Below, piece after piece: positions 1-8,926 of a stretch of DNA of 32,000 nt (positions are counted from its first letter, which is position 1; each line of letters starts with the position of its first letter). The notes under the pieces were generated by a model that saw only the letters and a list, made by a program, of their open reading frames with translations, was not told where the DNA came from and did no database searches. The position numbers and the translations under genes were made by a program. Source of the stretch: Ferroglobus placidus DSM 10642 (GTDB lineage Archaea > Halobacteriota > Archaeoglobi > Archaeoglobales > Archaeoglobaceae); assembly GCF_000025505.1 (NCBI RefSeq), contig NC_013849.1:1800001-1832000 (forward strand), in the 5' to 3' direction.

Positions 1-8
1 CTCTTCTA

Positions 9-1529
9 TCATGAGAAGAATTCCTCTAAGGACATGTCTTTTCCTTTCTTTTCTTTCTTTCTTCTCTTTCTCTTTGTCTCTTTTTTCTCTTCTTCCTTCT
101 TCTCCTCTTTAACCTCCGCTATTTCTACTTCCCTTTTCTCCTCCTCTTCTACTTCTTCTATTTCTACCTCTTCCTTTTCCTCTTCTTTTAGTTCAACTTC
201 CTTTATTTCTGCAGCATAGCCCTCAAGAAACGTCTCGTCCTCAATTCTGTGGTAGTTGTGCTTCTTCATGTAGTTGTAAATCTCCTCTCCTCTCTCATCG
301 CCAACCAAGAACTTAAGCTCTTCCTCGTTTAAGTCGTAGAATGCGGCAATTTTTGCTGCCGTATCTGTGTCCAAGGTTGAGAGGAGAAACCTAACGTAAT
401 CGTAGAGCTCCGTATTCGCTTTTCTCCTCGACATGTGGGAATACTTGGCGAGTTTTTTCAGGATGTTTCTCCTCAACTCCCTCTTCTTCTGGAACGTCAC
501 GAGCTTCTGCCAGAACGTCGGGCGGGTGTACTTTGTGAAACCTTTCTTCACCTTGCTCTTCGACTGCTGAACTCCTACTGTCATTAAATAGCTGGCGTAC
601 TTCCAAAGTCTGTAGAACTGCCTTCTTTTCACTCTTCCAAGGAACATGTCCGCCCTCGAAAGAACGAGTTGAGCTTTGTAGAGGTCTTCTCCTTCGTATT
701 CGAGTGGCACGTTTGCGTCGATCCAGTAAATTAGGTCTTCGGGAGACTCGTCAAGAAGCATCGCTTCCGAATAAACCGTTGAGTAGTAAGTTTTGAATAT
801 CTTCTGCATCACCTTGAAAACGTCAGTTTCCTGAGTTCTCTTAGCCACAATAACGTCTTCGGCTTTCACAACTTTTCTTCCTTCTGCAACAGCTTGCAAA
901 TCGTTTATCGCCGCTCTCAAATCTCCTCCTGCATTGTCCGCTATTGCGTAAAGAGCTTTCTTATCTATTTCGATTCCCTCAAGCTTCGCTATTCTCTCCA
1001 AAACCTTCACGACCTGATCTCTTGTCAGTCTTCTGAAGTTTACCATCGTCACGAGGTTCCTCAACTCTGGCGAAAGGTTGTAGGGTTCGTTCGCTATAAG
1101 TATCATTGGCTGAGGTGGATTTCTCTTCAGAATTTTTATCAGTGCACTCTCTCCTCCAAAATCCTCCTTTTTGCTTATGTTGTCGACTTCGTCGAGAACT
1201 ATGAGCTTGAGCTTTCCCTCCCTCGAGGATAGAAAATCTCCCTCATCGCTCAGCGTTTCGTTAAAAGCGCCTTCTCCGACAATTCTGTAAATAACGCTCC
1301 AGTTTCTCTGATCAGAAGCGTTTAGCTCTACAACCTCCCAGCCGTAAGTGTTGGCTAAAGCTAAAGCGAGAGACGTTTTTCCAACTCCCGGAGGACCGGC
1401 GAAAAGAAGAGGTTTTTGCTTAACGCCTCTCTTCCAGTTTTCAGCCCAAGTTACGACAGTTTTGATTATATCTGAAGGAGCGACAACGTCTTTGATCGTT
1501 TTCGGGCGGTACTTTTCAACCCACAGCAT
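9..1529 (-). CDS. rfcL: Replication factor C (clamp loader) large subunit
   Basis: The N-terminus reads MLWVEKYRPKTIKDV. Walker A is GPPGVGKTS and the Walker B/DEAD-like box is LIVLDEVD. About 55 aa of E/K-rich tail ends in the PIP-box-like DMSLEEFFS at the extreme C-terminus. The full ORF lies inside the window. Confidence 0.92.
   Translation of the reverse strand: MLWVEKYRPKTIKDVVAPSDIIKTVVTWAENWKRGVKQKPLLFAGPPGVGKTSLALALANTYGWEVVELNASDQRNWSVIYRIVGEGAFNETLSDEGDFLSSREGKLKLIVLDEVDNISKKEDFGGESALIKILKRNPPQPMILIANEPYNLSPELRNLVTMVNFRRLTRDQVVKVLERIAKLEGIEIDKKALYAIADNAGGDLRAAINDLQAVAEGRKVVKAEDVIVAKRTQETDVFKVMQKIFKTYYSTVYSEAMLLDESPEDLIYWIDANVPLEYEGEDLYKAQLVLSRADMFLGRVKRRQFYRLWKYASYLMTVGVQQSKSKVKKGFTKYTRPTFWQKLVTFQKKRELRRNILKKLAKYSHMSRRKANTELYDYVRFLLSTLDTDTAAKIAAFYDLNEEELKFLVGDERGEEIYNYMKKHNYHRIEDETFLEGYAAEIKEVELKEEEKEEVEIEEVEEEEKREVEIAEVKEEKKEEEKKETKRKRRKKEKKGKDMSLEEFFS
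40..200. repeat. Low-complexity CTT/TTC/CTC-rich tract (GAA/GAG/AAG on the coding strand) encoding the E/K-rich tail of RFC-L
   Basis: Runs of ttcttt/ctcttc are visible directly in the sequence. On the minus strand they translate to EVELKEEEKEEVEIEEVEEEEKREVEIAEVKEEKKEEEKKETKRKRRKKEKK. The tract also generates the spurious Ser/Phe-rich mirror ORF 34..219 on the plus strand. Confidence 0.7.
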
Positions 1530-1558
1530 CGCTCTACTTTACTCCTCAAGACAATATA

Positions 1559-1879
1559 TTATTTTTCCAACCAGAAGGTGTCGTTCTCTTTGTAGTTATA
1601 TTTGAAAACCAAGACTTTCATGTTTCCTTCTGCTGAGTGAATCGCTCCCGGCTTGCAGAGCAGAACGCTTCCACAAGAAACTTCGTATTCCTCCCCATCG
1701 ATTTTCATTTTCCCCTCTCCTTCGACTATGACGAAAACTTCCGTCTGAACTTTGTGGTAGTGATCGCCGACCTTTCCTTTTATTTCCACCAGCTGGATAA
1801 AGCAGTCTTTGCTGAATTCGTAAAGTTTGGACACTCTGTAATTGCCCCGCTCTATCCATTCCTTAGCTTCAAGTTTCAT
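1559..1879 (-). CDS. Small cupin-fold protein (cupin_2-like), function unknown
   Basis: The segment GDHYHKVQTEVFVIVEGEGKMKIDGEEYEVSCGSVLLCKPGAIHS matches the two-motif cupin pattern (H.H...E ... G......P....H). The ORF-track start at 1927 is a TTG and would overlap gyrA by 44 nt. The ATG at 1879 (MKLEAKEW...) lies 4 nt after the gyrA stop and is preferred. Confidence 0.6.
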   Translation of the reverse strand: MKLEAKEWIERGNYRVSKLYEFSKDCFIQLVEIKGKVGDHYHKVQTEVFVIVEGEGKMKIDGEEYEVSCGSVLLCKPGAIHSAEGNMKVLVFKYNYKENDTFWLEK

Positions 1880-1883
1880 AAAA

Positions 1884-4211
1884 TTAAATGAAGCTTGCGG
1901 ATATAATTCCTTTTTTGCTAACTGCAACGCCGACAGCGTTTCTCCCCATTACCGGAATCTGCTTAGTCTCAACGACGATCACATTTCCGTCTTTGCTGAT
2001 AACCATGAGCTTGTCGCTCTTTACGAACTCTGCAAAAACGAGCTTGCCTGTTTTTTCGTTTACCTTGTGGGCTGTAACCCCCTTCGCACCTCTTCCGGTT
2101 AACCTGAACTCTTCAGTTTTAGTCATCTTTCCGTAACCGTTTTCGGTCAGCGTTAGAATCAAATCTTCGCTTCCTACATCCATCCAAGCAATTTTGTCTC
2201 CGTCAAGACTTACGGCTTTCACCCCCCTCGCGTTTCTCTTGTACTCCGGAACTTCTTCAGCTTTAAACCTCACAAGCCTTCCGTTTTCAGTGGCAATTAT
2301 GACTTCCTTCCCGTCAAGCTTTTTAACGAAGGCAACGCTCTCTGGAGATGCTAAAATTCCCGATCTCTTCGCATTTTCGAATTCGGCGATGTTTACCTTC
2401 TTTATGTACCCGCTTTCCGTAAGAATCACAACGCTTCCCTTTCCGAAGGGAACTATTCCAACTATCTCGTCTTCGATTCTCAGAAATCTCTTTAGGCTCA
2501 CACCTTTTCCGCTCCTCTCCTGCTTCGGAATTTCGTAGGCGTTTATCGAGAAAGCTTTTCCATCTTTCGTGAAGAGGAGTATTCTGTCGAGGGATCTTAC
2601 TTTAACGATGTAGGCGGCGTAATCTCCGTCTCTTAAAGAAATTCCAGAAGTTCCCACCCCTCCCCTCCTTTGAACTCTGAAGTCGCTTTCGTCAAGCCTT
2701 TTCGCATATCCATCTTTTGTGATTATCAGAACGTTTTCCTCGTCTTTTATCGTGTCGACTTCCGTTATCTCCTCGTACTTCTCAACTATCTTAGTCCTTC
2801 TGTCATCTCCGTAGTTTTTCTTTATTTCTTCGAGTTCCTTAATTATTATCTCGTCCATTTTTTCCTGAGAAGAAAGTATGCTTTTGAGCTCCTTTATCTT
2901 TTTGTCGAGCTCTTCGTACTCCTTCAGTATTCCATCTATCTCCATAGAAGTTAGCTTCTGCAATCTCATCTGCAAGACAGCATCAGCCTGCTTCTCCGAG
3001 AGAGAAAATCTGTTGATTAGTTTCTCCTTCGCCTCAGAAGGAGATTTTGAAGATCTTATGAGAGATATAGCCTCGTCCAGATTAGATATGACTATTTTGA
3101 AACCTTCAAGAACGTGAATTCTCTCTTCAGCCTTTTCAAGCTCGTAAGCAGTTCTTCTTCTCACGACTTCCCTTCTGTGGTTGACGTATTCGGCGATGAG
3201 GTCTTTCAGAGTTAAAATCTTAGGCTGAGTGTTTACCAACGCTAAAAGCATGATGCTGTAAGTTATTTGAAGAGGAGTGTAGAGGTAGAGTTTTTTGAGA
3301 ACGAGATTTTTATCCACTCCGCTTTTTAACTCAACGACGACTCTTATCCCTTCCCTGTCAGATTCATCTCTGACAGCCTTTACTTCCTCGAGCTTTCCCT
3401 CTTTTACGAGATTTGCAATTTTCTCAACGATTAAAGACTTTCTCACGGTGTAGGGAACTTCCCTAATTATTATCGCGTTGTCCTCAAACTCAACTTTGCC
3501 TCGTAGAATAATTCTTCCTCTTCCGGTTTCGTAAGCCTTTATTATCCCTTCCACTCCGACTATGATTCCTCCAGTTGGAAAGTCCGGACCCTTTACGTGC
3601 TTCATTAACTCTCTAACGGTAACATCGGGATTTCTGATGTATTCTACGATTGCGTCGCAAATTTCTCTCAAATTGTGGGGCGGAATGTTCGTAGCCATTC
3701 CCACAGCTATTCCACTCGATCCGTTAGCAAGCAAGTTTGGAAAAGCCGCTGGCAAAACCGAAGGCTCCTTTAGCGTGTTATCGAAGTTCGGAACGAAATC
3801 GACTGTATCTTTATCTATGTCCTTCAGCATCTCTTCAGCTATTTTCGTCAGCCTTGCCTCGGTGTAACGCATCGCTGCCGGCTCATCTCCGTCGATGCTT
3901 CCGAAGTTACCCTGTCCGTCGATGAGAGGATAGCGCATGTTGAAATCCTGAGCCATTCTGACCAATGCTTCATAGACGGCAGCGTCTCCGTGGGGGTGGT
4001 ACTTTCCTAACACGTCTCCGACGATTCTCGCGGACTTTCTGTAATTTCTGTTGCTGAAAAGTCCCATTTCGTACATCGAGTAGAGAATTCTCCTCTGAAC
4101 CGGCTTTAACCCATCTCTTACATCGGGCAAAGCTCTTCCCACTATTACGCTCATCGCATAGTCGAGGTAAGACGTTTTGATCTCTTCGGCTATCTCCCTA
4201 ACCAGTTCCAT
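1884..4211 (-). CDS. gyrA: DNA gyrase subunit A
   Basis: The protein is 775 aa. It contains [27 protein letters not shown] and the active-site Tyr context [10 protein letters not shown]. The GyrA-box QRRGGVG sits at the start of the C-terminal beta-pinwheel, which favours true gyrase over ParC. Confidence 0.95.
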   Translation of the reverse strand: MELVREIAEEIKTSYLDYAMSVIVGRALPDVRDGLKPVQRRILYSMYEMGLFSNRNYRKSARIVGDVLGKYHPHGDAAVYEALVRMAQDFNMRYPLIDGQGNFGSIDGDEPAAMRYTEARLTKIAEEMLKDIDKDTVDFVPNFDNTLKEPSVLPAAFPNLLANGSSGIAVGMATNIPPHNLREICDAIVEYIRNPDVTVRELMKHVKGPDFPTGGIIVGVEGIIKAYETGRGRIILRGKVEFEDNAIIIREVPYTVRKSLIVEKIANLVKEGKLEEVKAVRDESDREGIRVVVELKSGVDKNLVLKKLYLYTPLQITYSIMLLALVNTQPKILTLKDLIAEYVNHRREVVRRRTAYELEKAEERIHVLEGFKIVISNLDEAISLIRSSKSPSEAKEKLINRFSLSEKQADAVLQMRLQKLTSMEIDGILKEYEELDKKIKELKSILSSQEKMDEIIIKELEEIKKNYGDDRRTKIVEKYEEITEVDTIKDEENVLIITKDGYAKRLDESDFRVQRRGGVGTSGISLRDGDYAAYIVKVRSLDRILLFTKDGKAFSINAYEIPKQERSGKGVSLKRFLRIEDEIVGIVPFGKGSVVILTESGYIKKVNIAEFENAKRSGILASPESVAFVKKLDGKEVIIATENGRLVRFKAEEVPEYKRNARGVKAVSLDGDKIAWMDVGSEDLILTLTENGYGKMTKTEEFRLTGRGAKGVTAHKVNEKTGKLVFAEFVKSDKLMVISKDGNVIVVETKQIPVMGRNAVGVAVSKKGIISASFI

Positions 4212-4954
4212 CAGATCACCTCAATCGGCAATGAAAGAATGTCATCCTCAAGAAGCTCGTCAAATATTCTTTCATTTTTTATCACTGCCCTCGCAAGGGA
4301 AACGAGTTTTGCTCCACTCTCAATCATCTTTCTTGCGGTATTAATATCTTTCACCGAATTGTTTCCGATTACGTTTCCGAAAGCGGAAATTTCTTTAATT
4401 AGATTGTAATCCGCACCACCTCCAGGAATCATGGCGTCAACGTGAAGAATAAAAGCTGAAGAGAAGAGCTTTTCCGAGAGAGAGGAATAATCGAGGTTCA
4501 GCCCACCTCTTATTTTAACGGAGACATCGCAGTACTTCGAGCACTTCTCCACTATGTTAAGGAGCTTTTCTTGGTTGAATAGCAAAGATTGACCGGCTCC
4601 GATCTCCATAAATTCAGGTTGTCTGCAGTGGGCGTTTATTTCGAGAAGGACATCATATTCTTCGCAAATTTTCGCAACGCTAACGTAGCCGTCGATCGAA
4701 GAAGCTCTGACGTTTACAGCTATTTTTCCATAGGAGTCGAGGGCTGAAACTAATTCTTTCTCTATCTCTTTAAGCGGATTTTCGAAGACGAACTCCCTTC
4801 TCCCCCTTTTTAAAGACTTAAGAGCCGCTTCATTCGCTTTTTTATCAGCGTTAAATCCACCGAGAACTGCCAAACCGACTTTGAATTTTTTGACGAAATT
4901 AGAGTTGTTTATCCCAGCCATCGCTGAAAGGCAGAGGCGATTTTTAAACTTCAT
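4211..4954 (-). CDS. Dus/NifR3-like TIM-barrel flavoprotein (putative tRNA-dihydrouridine synthase-like)
   Basis: Several segments align by eye to Dus motifs. [12 protein letters not shown] matches [18 protein letters not shown] matches the N.GCP catalytic Cys loop. VSVKIRGG matches VTVKIR. GNNSV...[14 protein letters not shown] matches the C-terminal FMN phosphate loop. Its stop overlaps the gyrA ATG (TGATG). Confidence 0.55.
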   Translation of the reverse strand: MKFKNRLCLSAMAGINNSNFVKKFKVGLAVLGGFNADKKANEAALKSLKRGRREFVFENPLKEIEKELVSALDSYGKIAVNVRASSIDGYVSVAKICEEYDVLLEINAHCRQPEFMEIGAGQSLLFNQEKLLNIVEKCSKYCDVSVKIRGGLNLDYSSLSEKLFSSAFILHVDAMIPGGGADYNLIKEISAFGNVIGNNSVKDINTARKMIESGAKLVSLARAVIKNERIFDELLEDDILSLPIEVI

Positions 4955-5789
4955 AGTTTAGCTCCTCAGCTCTAATTTTCCCATCAGCAACTCTCGATGC
5001 TCCTCCGATAAGGTAGGCTTTTTCTCCTTCGAACTCGACGAAAAGCTTTCCACCTCTCGTTAAAATTTCCACTTTGTCATCAGCGAATCCCAGTTTTCTC
5101 GCAACTGCAGCAACCGCCACGCTTCCTGTTCCGCAGCTTAACGTTTCGTTTTCAACTCCCCTCTCGTATGTTCTGACGAAGAATTTATTTCCCTCCCTTT
5201 TAACGAAGTTCACGTTCGTTCCTTCAGGAAAAAGCTCGCTCATTCTTATAGCTCTGCCAGTTCTAACCACGTCAAAATCAAAGTCTTCAACGAAGATAAC
5301 AGCGTGAGGAACGCCGGTATTGACGGCGTAAATCTCAAAACTCCTGTTGTCGATCTTTATTTCCTTTCCCCAAACGTCCTCCTTCGTCGGAATCTCATCT
5401 TTGCTGAATTTCGGAGTGCCCATGTCGACTTTTACCCACCAGCCCTCTTCGTTCTTCGTAACTTCCAGCTCGTAGATTCCTGCGAGAGTTTCAACTCTTA
5501 CCGGCGATGCGGCATAGCCTTCCTCAACAACGTACCTCGAAAAACACCTTATTCCATTTCCGCACATCTCCGCTTCGCTTCCGTCGCTGTTGAAATACCT
5601 GAACTTAGCATCGGCAACCTCTGATTTCTGAACGAAGATAACTCCGTCAGCACCTATTCCAAAGTTTCTGTGAGCTATAGCCCTAACGAACTTCGGCTTT
5701 TCTTCCTCTTTAACCACCTCTTCCCGAAATTCGTCGATAATAACGAAGTCGTTCCCGTTTCCGTGCATCTTAGCGAACTTGATTTCCAT
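4944..5789 (-). CDS. dapF: Diaminopimelate epimerase
   Basis: The N-terminus reads FAKMHGNGNDFVIID. Both catalytic Cys contexts are present (MCGNGIRCF and SCGTGSVAVA). The protein is 281 aa. It overlaps the downstream gene by 11 nt. Confidence 0.9.
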   Translation of the reverse strand: MEIKFAKMHGNGNDFVIIDEFREEVVKEEEKPKFVRAIAHRNFGIGADGVIFVQKSEVADAKFRYFNSDGSEAEMCGNGIRCFSRYVVEEGYAASPVRVETLAGIYELEVTKNEEGWWVKVDMGTPKFSKDEIPTKEDVWGKEIKIDNRSFEIYAVNTGVPHAVIFVEDFDFDVVRTGRAIRMSELFPEGTNVNFVKREGNKFFVRTYERGVENETLSCGTGSVAVAAVARKLGFADDKVEILTRGGKLFVEFEGEKAYLIGGASRVADGKIRAEELNYEV

Positions 5790-5842
5790 GACGAAATAAG
5801 ATTCACTTAAGGTTAATAATTGGTTCGTTAAATAAAGAAAAT

Positions 5843-7120
5843 TTAACTTATCTCTTTCAAAGCCAAATCCGCTCTCACGATGCCGTAGCCGTAAACAGAA
5901 TCGTATCCATCTTTGTTGACGTCTTCTGCCGTGATGTGCAAAATTCCTCTGACAGTTGAATTGTTTGCATCACTGAAATTACCTACCGGAAGAATTGTAC
6001 CGTATTTGTTGTAATAGGCTGCCTGAATCAGCGCCACGACTCCGCTAACGTGGGGGCAAGCCATAGATGTCCCGCTGAGCGTGGCGTAATCGTCGTCTGG
6101 ATACGTGCTTAGTATATCGACTCCGGGAGCCGAAAGTTCGACTCCTCTATTGCTCCAGCTTGGAACGTCGTCGTTTTTATCGGTTGCTCCGACGGCTATT
6201 ACTTCAGGATAAGCTGCCGGATAGCTCGGAGTTAAAGCTCCTTCATTGCCTGAAGCTGCTACAAGAACTACTCCGTAGCTGTAAGCTTTGATTAAAGCTT
6301 CATGCAAAGAGAGAACATTAGACGAAGAGCCAAAGCTCATGCTTATAACTTCGGCAGCATCATCATCCGGATCTCCAGCGATAACCCCATCCTTATCACT
6401 GTCGAGAACGCCATCAGGTCCTAAAAGTGCTTGTTCGATTCCAAGAATTATGTCGCTAATCCACCCACTTCCGTCGTTTCCGAGAGCTTTTATAGCGTAG
6501 ATTTCCACGGCAGGAGCAACACCGACAACACCGATTTCGTTGTCGACGGCAGCAATAATTCCAGCCACGTGCGTTCCGTGCCCGTTTTTGTCCTGATAAG
6601 CGTTCGGTTTTGTAGATATTATTCCGTTGAGCACGCTAACTCCCCAGGCGAGATTGTCCTTAAGGTCTGGATGATCTCTGTCAATTCCGGTATCGATAAT
6701 CGCAACCTCGATAACTCCACTGGCTGAACCGTTGCTAATGTTCCAAGCTTCGGTAGCATTTATTCTATCTATCCCCCAAGGAATTTGCTGAGAAGGTTGA
6801 GCGGACGAATCTTTGTTTTTCCCCGGAGGTGATGGAGGTTTTCCTTTAAAGATTTTCACGAGTGCATCTTTTTCAATTCTTACAACTCCTTTCGCCTTTG
6901 CCAAATTCTCAACAGCTTTTTCAGGCAGCTCAGCCACAACTATCGGAAAAATTTTACCCCTCGCTAAAACCTTCCCGTTGTTTGCTGAAATCACGTTTTC
7001 GTCAAATTTTTCGTTTACTTTGATTATAACACGAACGTTCTTGGTTTCGGCTGCAACGGCAATCCCAGCGATTAGTATTAGAATTACCGCGAGTAAAACC
7101 GCTAATTCTTTGTGTCCCAT
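5843..7120 (-). CDS. Secreted subtilisin-like serine protease (peptidase S8, Tk-subtilisin-like) with N-terminal propeptide
   Basis: An N-terminal hydrophobic signal/anchor is followed by an I9-like propeptide. The catalytic triad contexts are IIDTGID (Asp), HGTHVAG (His) and SGTSMACPHVSG (Ser). The acidic insertion GPDGVLDSDKDGVIAGDPDDDAAEVISMS resembles the extra Ca-binding loop I remember from Thermococcus Tk-subtilisin. Confidence 0.9.
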   Translation of the reverse strand: MGHKELAVLLAVILILIAGIAVAAETKNVRVIIKVNEKFDENVISANNGKVLARGKIFPIVVAELPEKAVENLAKAKGVVRIEKDALVKIFKGKPPSPPGKNKDSSAQPSQQIPWGIDRINATEAWNISNGSASGVIEVAIIDTGIDRDHPDLKDNLAWGVSVLNGIISTKPNAYQDKNGHGTHVAGIIAAVDNEIGVVGVAPAVEIYAIKALGNDGSGWISDIILGIEQALLGPDGVLDSDKDGVIAGDPDDDAAEVISMSFGSSSNVLSLHEALIKAYSYGVVLVAASGNEGALTPSYPAAYPEVIAVGATDKNDDVPSWSNRGVELSAPGVDILSTYPDDDYATLSGTSMACPHVSGVVALIQAAYYNKYGTILPVGNFSDANNSTVRGILHITAEDVNKDGYDSVYGYGIVRADLALKEIS

Positions 7121-7123
7121 AGC

Positions 7124-7399
7124 TCAAACACCTTTAAATGATTGATCGTTGACAAATAAAAAGCTTTTCCCGAGAAAATTCGTAGATATGAGTTCTATGA
7201 GCTCCGGATCTCCTTCATCGTAATCCTCTACAGGCTCTAAGCGACCCTCTTTGATTAGCTCTAAAACGATTGCGTGAGCCACCTCGTATGAAATCTGAAG
7301 ATCTTCTGAAATCCTTAGTGGTGTTACGACTTTACCCTTCTCGTCCTTAATGTATTCCAAAATGAGCTCTTTGGCTCCTTCATGAGATATTTCACGCAC
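7124..7399 (-). CDS. Small hypothetical protein with a winged-helix-like N-terminal 65 aa
   Basis: The ORF has a GTG start. The pattern AKELILEYIKDEKGKVVTPLRISEDLQISYEVAHAIVLELIKEGRLEPV looks like helix-turn-helix plus wing. Its stop lies 3 nt before the protease ATG. The last ~25 codons run through a TATA-like TTTTTATTT that may be the protease promoter, so the C-terminus is uncertain. Confidence 0.4.
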   Translation of the reverse strand: MREISHEGAKELILEYIKDEKGKVVTPLRISEDLQISYEVAHAIVLELIKEGRLEPVEDYDEGDPELIELISTNFLGKSFLFVNDQSFKGV

Positions 7400-7575
7400 G
7401 AGTATGATTTTTTAGATTTGATGATATTTTTGCGAAGGTTTCGAGGTCGTAGCTTCCTTTTTGGGTAGTTAAATTGATTACTCTGTTGGAGAAAACGAAG
7501 CGGTAAGCATTGATGCGAGAAAAAGTTGAAAAAGCTATTAAGGAGTATGCAGAAAAAACGATTTAGATTCTGGCT

Positions 7576-8070
7576 TCAAACTGTTACCCATCTAGAAAAC
7601 GGTATTGGGATTTTTGTAGCTTTTAAGTCGATGTATACTGTTCCTGTGACTTTTAATTGGGTTTTCTGCTCTGTGAAGAAACCTTTTAACTTTTCTAAGA
7701 TGAGTTTGCCACCCCCAGTCCAAGGTATATTGAAATTTAAGGCAATATTCTTGTTAGAATTTGGTGGAATTGTGTTTGTATATGGAATTGAACCAGATGC
7801 TACGAGGGTTCCATCTTTCGTGTAGACTTGGAAATCGATGCTATCTAACTGAGCTGGAAATGGATTTGGATTCGTTACTGAAAGTATTAGAGAACCGTGT
7901 AAACCTTTAAGACTAACTCCAGTAATTGTTATGTCCTGAACCTCTACTGATAATGGTTTGATCAAGTTCGACCGTATTCCGAGACCCATAAATAGTTCCG
8001 GTAAGGTTGGTAACACCACAAAAATTCCTACAAAAATTGCCAATATTAATAATACATGCCAAGCTTTCAT
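7576..8070 (-). CDS. Membrane-anchored LEA_2 / LEA14-like (WHy-type) protein
   Basis: An N-terminal TM helix (WHVLLILAIFVGIFVVL) is followed by the hallmark LILSVTNPNPFPAQLDSIDFQVY...G..VASG....IPPNS beta-sandwich pattern of the LEA_2 family. An A6 run (T6 on the coding strand) lies 18 nt downstream of the stop. Confidence 0.7.
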   Translation of the reverse strand: MKAWHVLLILAIFVGIFVVLPTLPELFMGLGIRSNLIKPLSVEVQDITITGVSLKGLHGSLILSVTNPNPFPAQLDSIDFQVYTKDGTLVASGSIPYTNTIPPNSNKNIALNFNIPWTGGGKLILEKLKGFFTEQKTQLKVTGTVYIDLKATKIPIPFSRWVTV

Positions 8071-8113
8071 ACAGGTTTTTAACTTGACATTCTACTTAAA
8101 ATTTGCGATTTAG

Positions 8114-8458
8114 TTACTTATCTACTAACAATTTGTTGATAAATTTCTTAGGGTCTCTTGATGGTGCCTTAGAATGGTATTTTTCAAACTCCTTTTCCAT
8201 CTCTTCTATAAGTTCTACAATCCTTTTTCCGAGAGGAGTTAGTTCGTAATATTTTGTTCCCGTTGGAGAGTCTCGAATAATCACAATCTGGATTAAGCCG
8301 AGGTCGAGGAGTTCCTTAATACCTTGATGGACATATTTTTTATTGAGAAGTTTTTCTAATTCACTCCATTTTTTTCTACCAGTTTTGAGAGCAAATAGTA
8401 TTGTTATATTTGGTTTCTTGGAGATTTTTTTGATCAGCAACTCAGTTGAGTTTACCAC
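8114..8458 (-). CDS. Winged-helix DNA-binding protein (small transcriptional regulator)
   Basis: The pattern ILFALKTGRKKWSELEKLL...GIKELLDLGLIQIVIIRDSPTGTKYYELTPLGKRIVELIEE is a typical wHTH (recognition helix plus beta-hairpin wing). It lies 43 nt upstream of the LEA_2 gene on the same strand. Confidence 0.6.
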   Translation of the reverse strand: MVNSTELLIKKISKKPNITILFALKTGRKKWSELEKLLNKKYVHQGIKELLDLGLIQIVIIRDSPTGTKYYELTPLGKRIVELIEEMEKEFEKYHSKAPSRDPKKFINKLLVDK

Positions 8459-8590
8459 AAACAGACTTTGCTATTTGACAATATTTTATTGGTAGTGTGC
8501 AAAACTGCAGAATTAGTATGCTGAATGGTAACCTTTAAATATTGGTTTGCATAAAGGTAACATTGTAGTCTAAGAGGTAGGTGATAGAGT

Positions 8591-8776
8591 ATGGGGATTA
8601 GAGTATATTCAACAGTCCCGGACAGTTAGGGAGAGCCGATTAAAATTGCAAAGAAAATCGAAGGATGAGATGACACTTCTGATTACATCAGAGAATTCAT
8701 CAAAAAAGACCTTGTCGCTAAATGTCTTCTCGGCGTGAAGAATGGAGAGAAAGAGGTTGTTTTAGAGGAGGGTTAA
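8591..8776 (+). pseudogene. Decayed ribbon-helix-helix (CopG/antitoxin-like) gene with two in-frame stops
   Basis: A single frame reads MGIRVYSTVPDS[TAG 8627]GEPIKIAKKIEG[TGA 8666]DDTSDYIREFIKKDLVAKCLLGVKNGEKEVVLEEG[TAA]. A beta-strand (RVYSTVPD), helix 1 and helix 2 (SDYIREFIKKDL) fit the RHH pattern. A GGTGA sits 8 nt upstream of the ATG. Confidence 0.35.
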
Positions 8777-8779
8777 GCT

Positions 8780-8926
8780 GTGAGAGCTTTAACCCTCAAA
8801 GAATGGCTCGAACGACATTCAGGTTTAGAATGCTCCTATTGCGGAAAGAAGCTTAGCGAGATCGAGGTGATCTGGCTTGGTTGCTGCCCACTTTGCTACG
8901 ATTGCCATGAGAAGATTTATAGATGA
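8780..8926 (+). CDS. 48-aa zinc-ribbon micro-protein (CxxC...CxxC)
   Basis: A GTG start lies 9 nt after a GGAGG and 4 nt after the RHH pseudogene stop. The translation is VRALTLKEWLERHSGLECSYCGKKLSEIEVIWLGCCPLCYDCHEKIYR. It contains two CxxC knuckles. Confidence 0.4.
   Translation: MRALTLKEWLERHSGLECSYCGKKLSEIEVIWLGCCPLCYDCHEKIYR

Noticed and set aside
34-219. This is a plus-strand 61-aa Ser/Phe-rich ORF. It stands for the many other antisense ORFs in the track, e.g. 9308..9634, 9722..10252, 17175..17660, 24905..25237 and 30616..31113.
   Set aside because: These are mirror-image frames of strongly supported genes on the opposite strand. They have low-complexity or Ser/Leu/Pro/Arg-rich composition typical of antisense translation, and no independent start or RBS signals.
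7419-7424. I considered the UGAUGA motif in the intergenic region upstream of the 91-aa ORF as a second C/D box sRNA.
   Set aside because: There is no CUGA at the expected 12-nt spacing, no second box pair and no terminal stem. The element more likely belongs to the AT-rich promoter (CAAAAATATC on the minus strand).
7400-7600. I searched for a direct repeat of the tRNA-Gln 3' half (att site) at the distal edge of the low-GC islet.
   Set aside because: The only weak resemblance is GGTTTCGAGGTCG at about 7437-7449 versus GGTTCGAATCCCC. It is in the wrong orientation and too degenerate. I could not find a convincing repeat by eye, so a computational search is needed.
8627-8668. I considered whether the in-frame TAG and TGA in the RHH frame are recoding events (pyrrolysine or selenocysteine).
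   Set aside because: No SECIS- or PYLIS-like structure is evident. Both positions fall in ordinary helix or turn positions of an RHH fold, and the lineage suggested by the other genes is not known for Pyl use. Decay is the simpler explanation.
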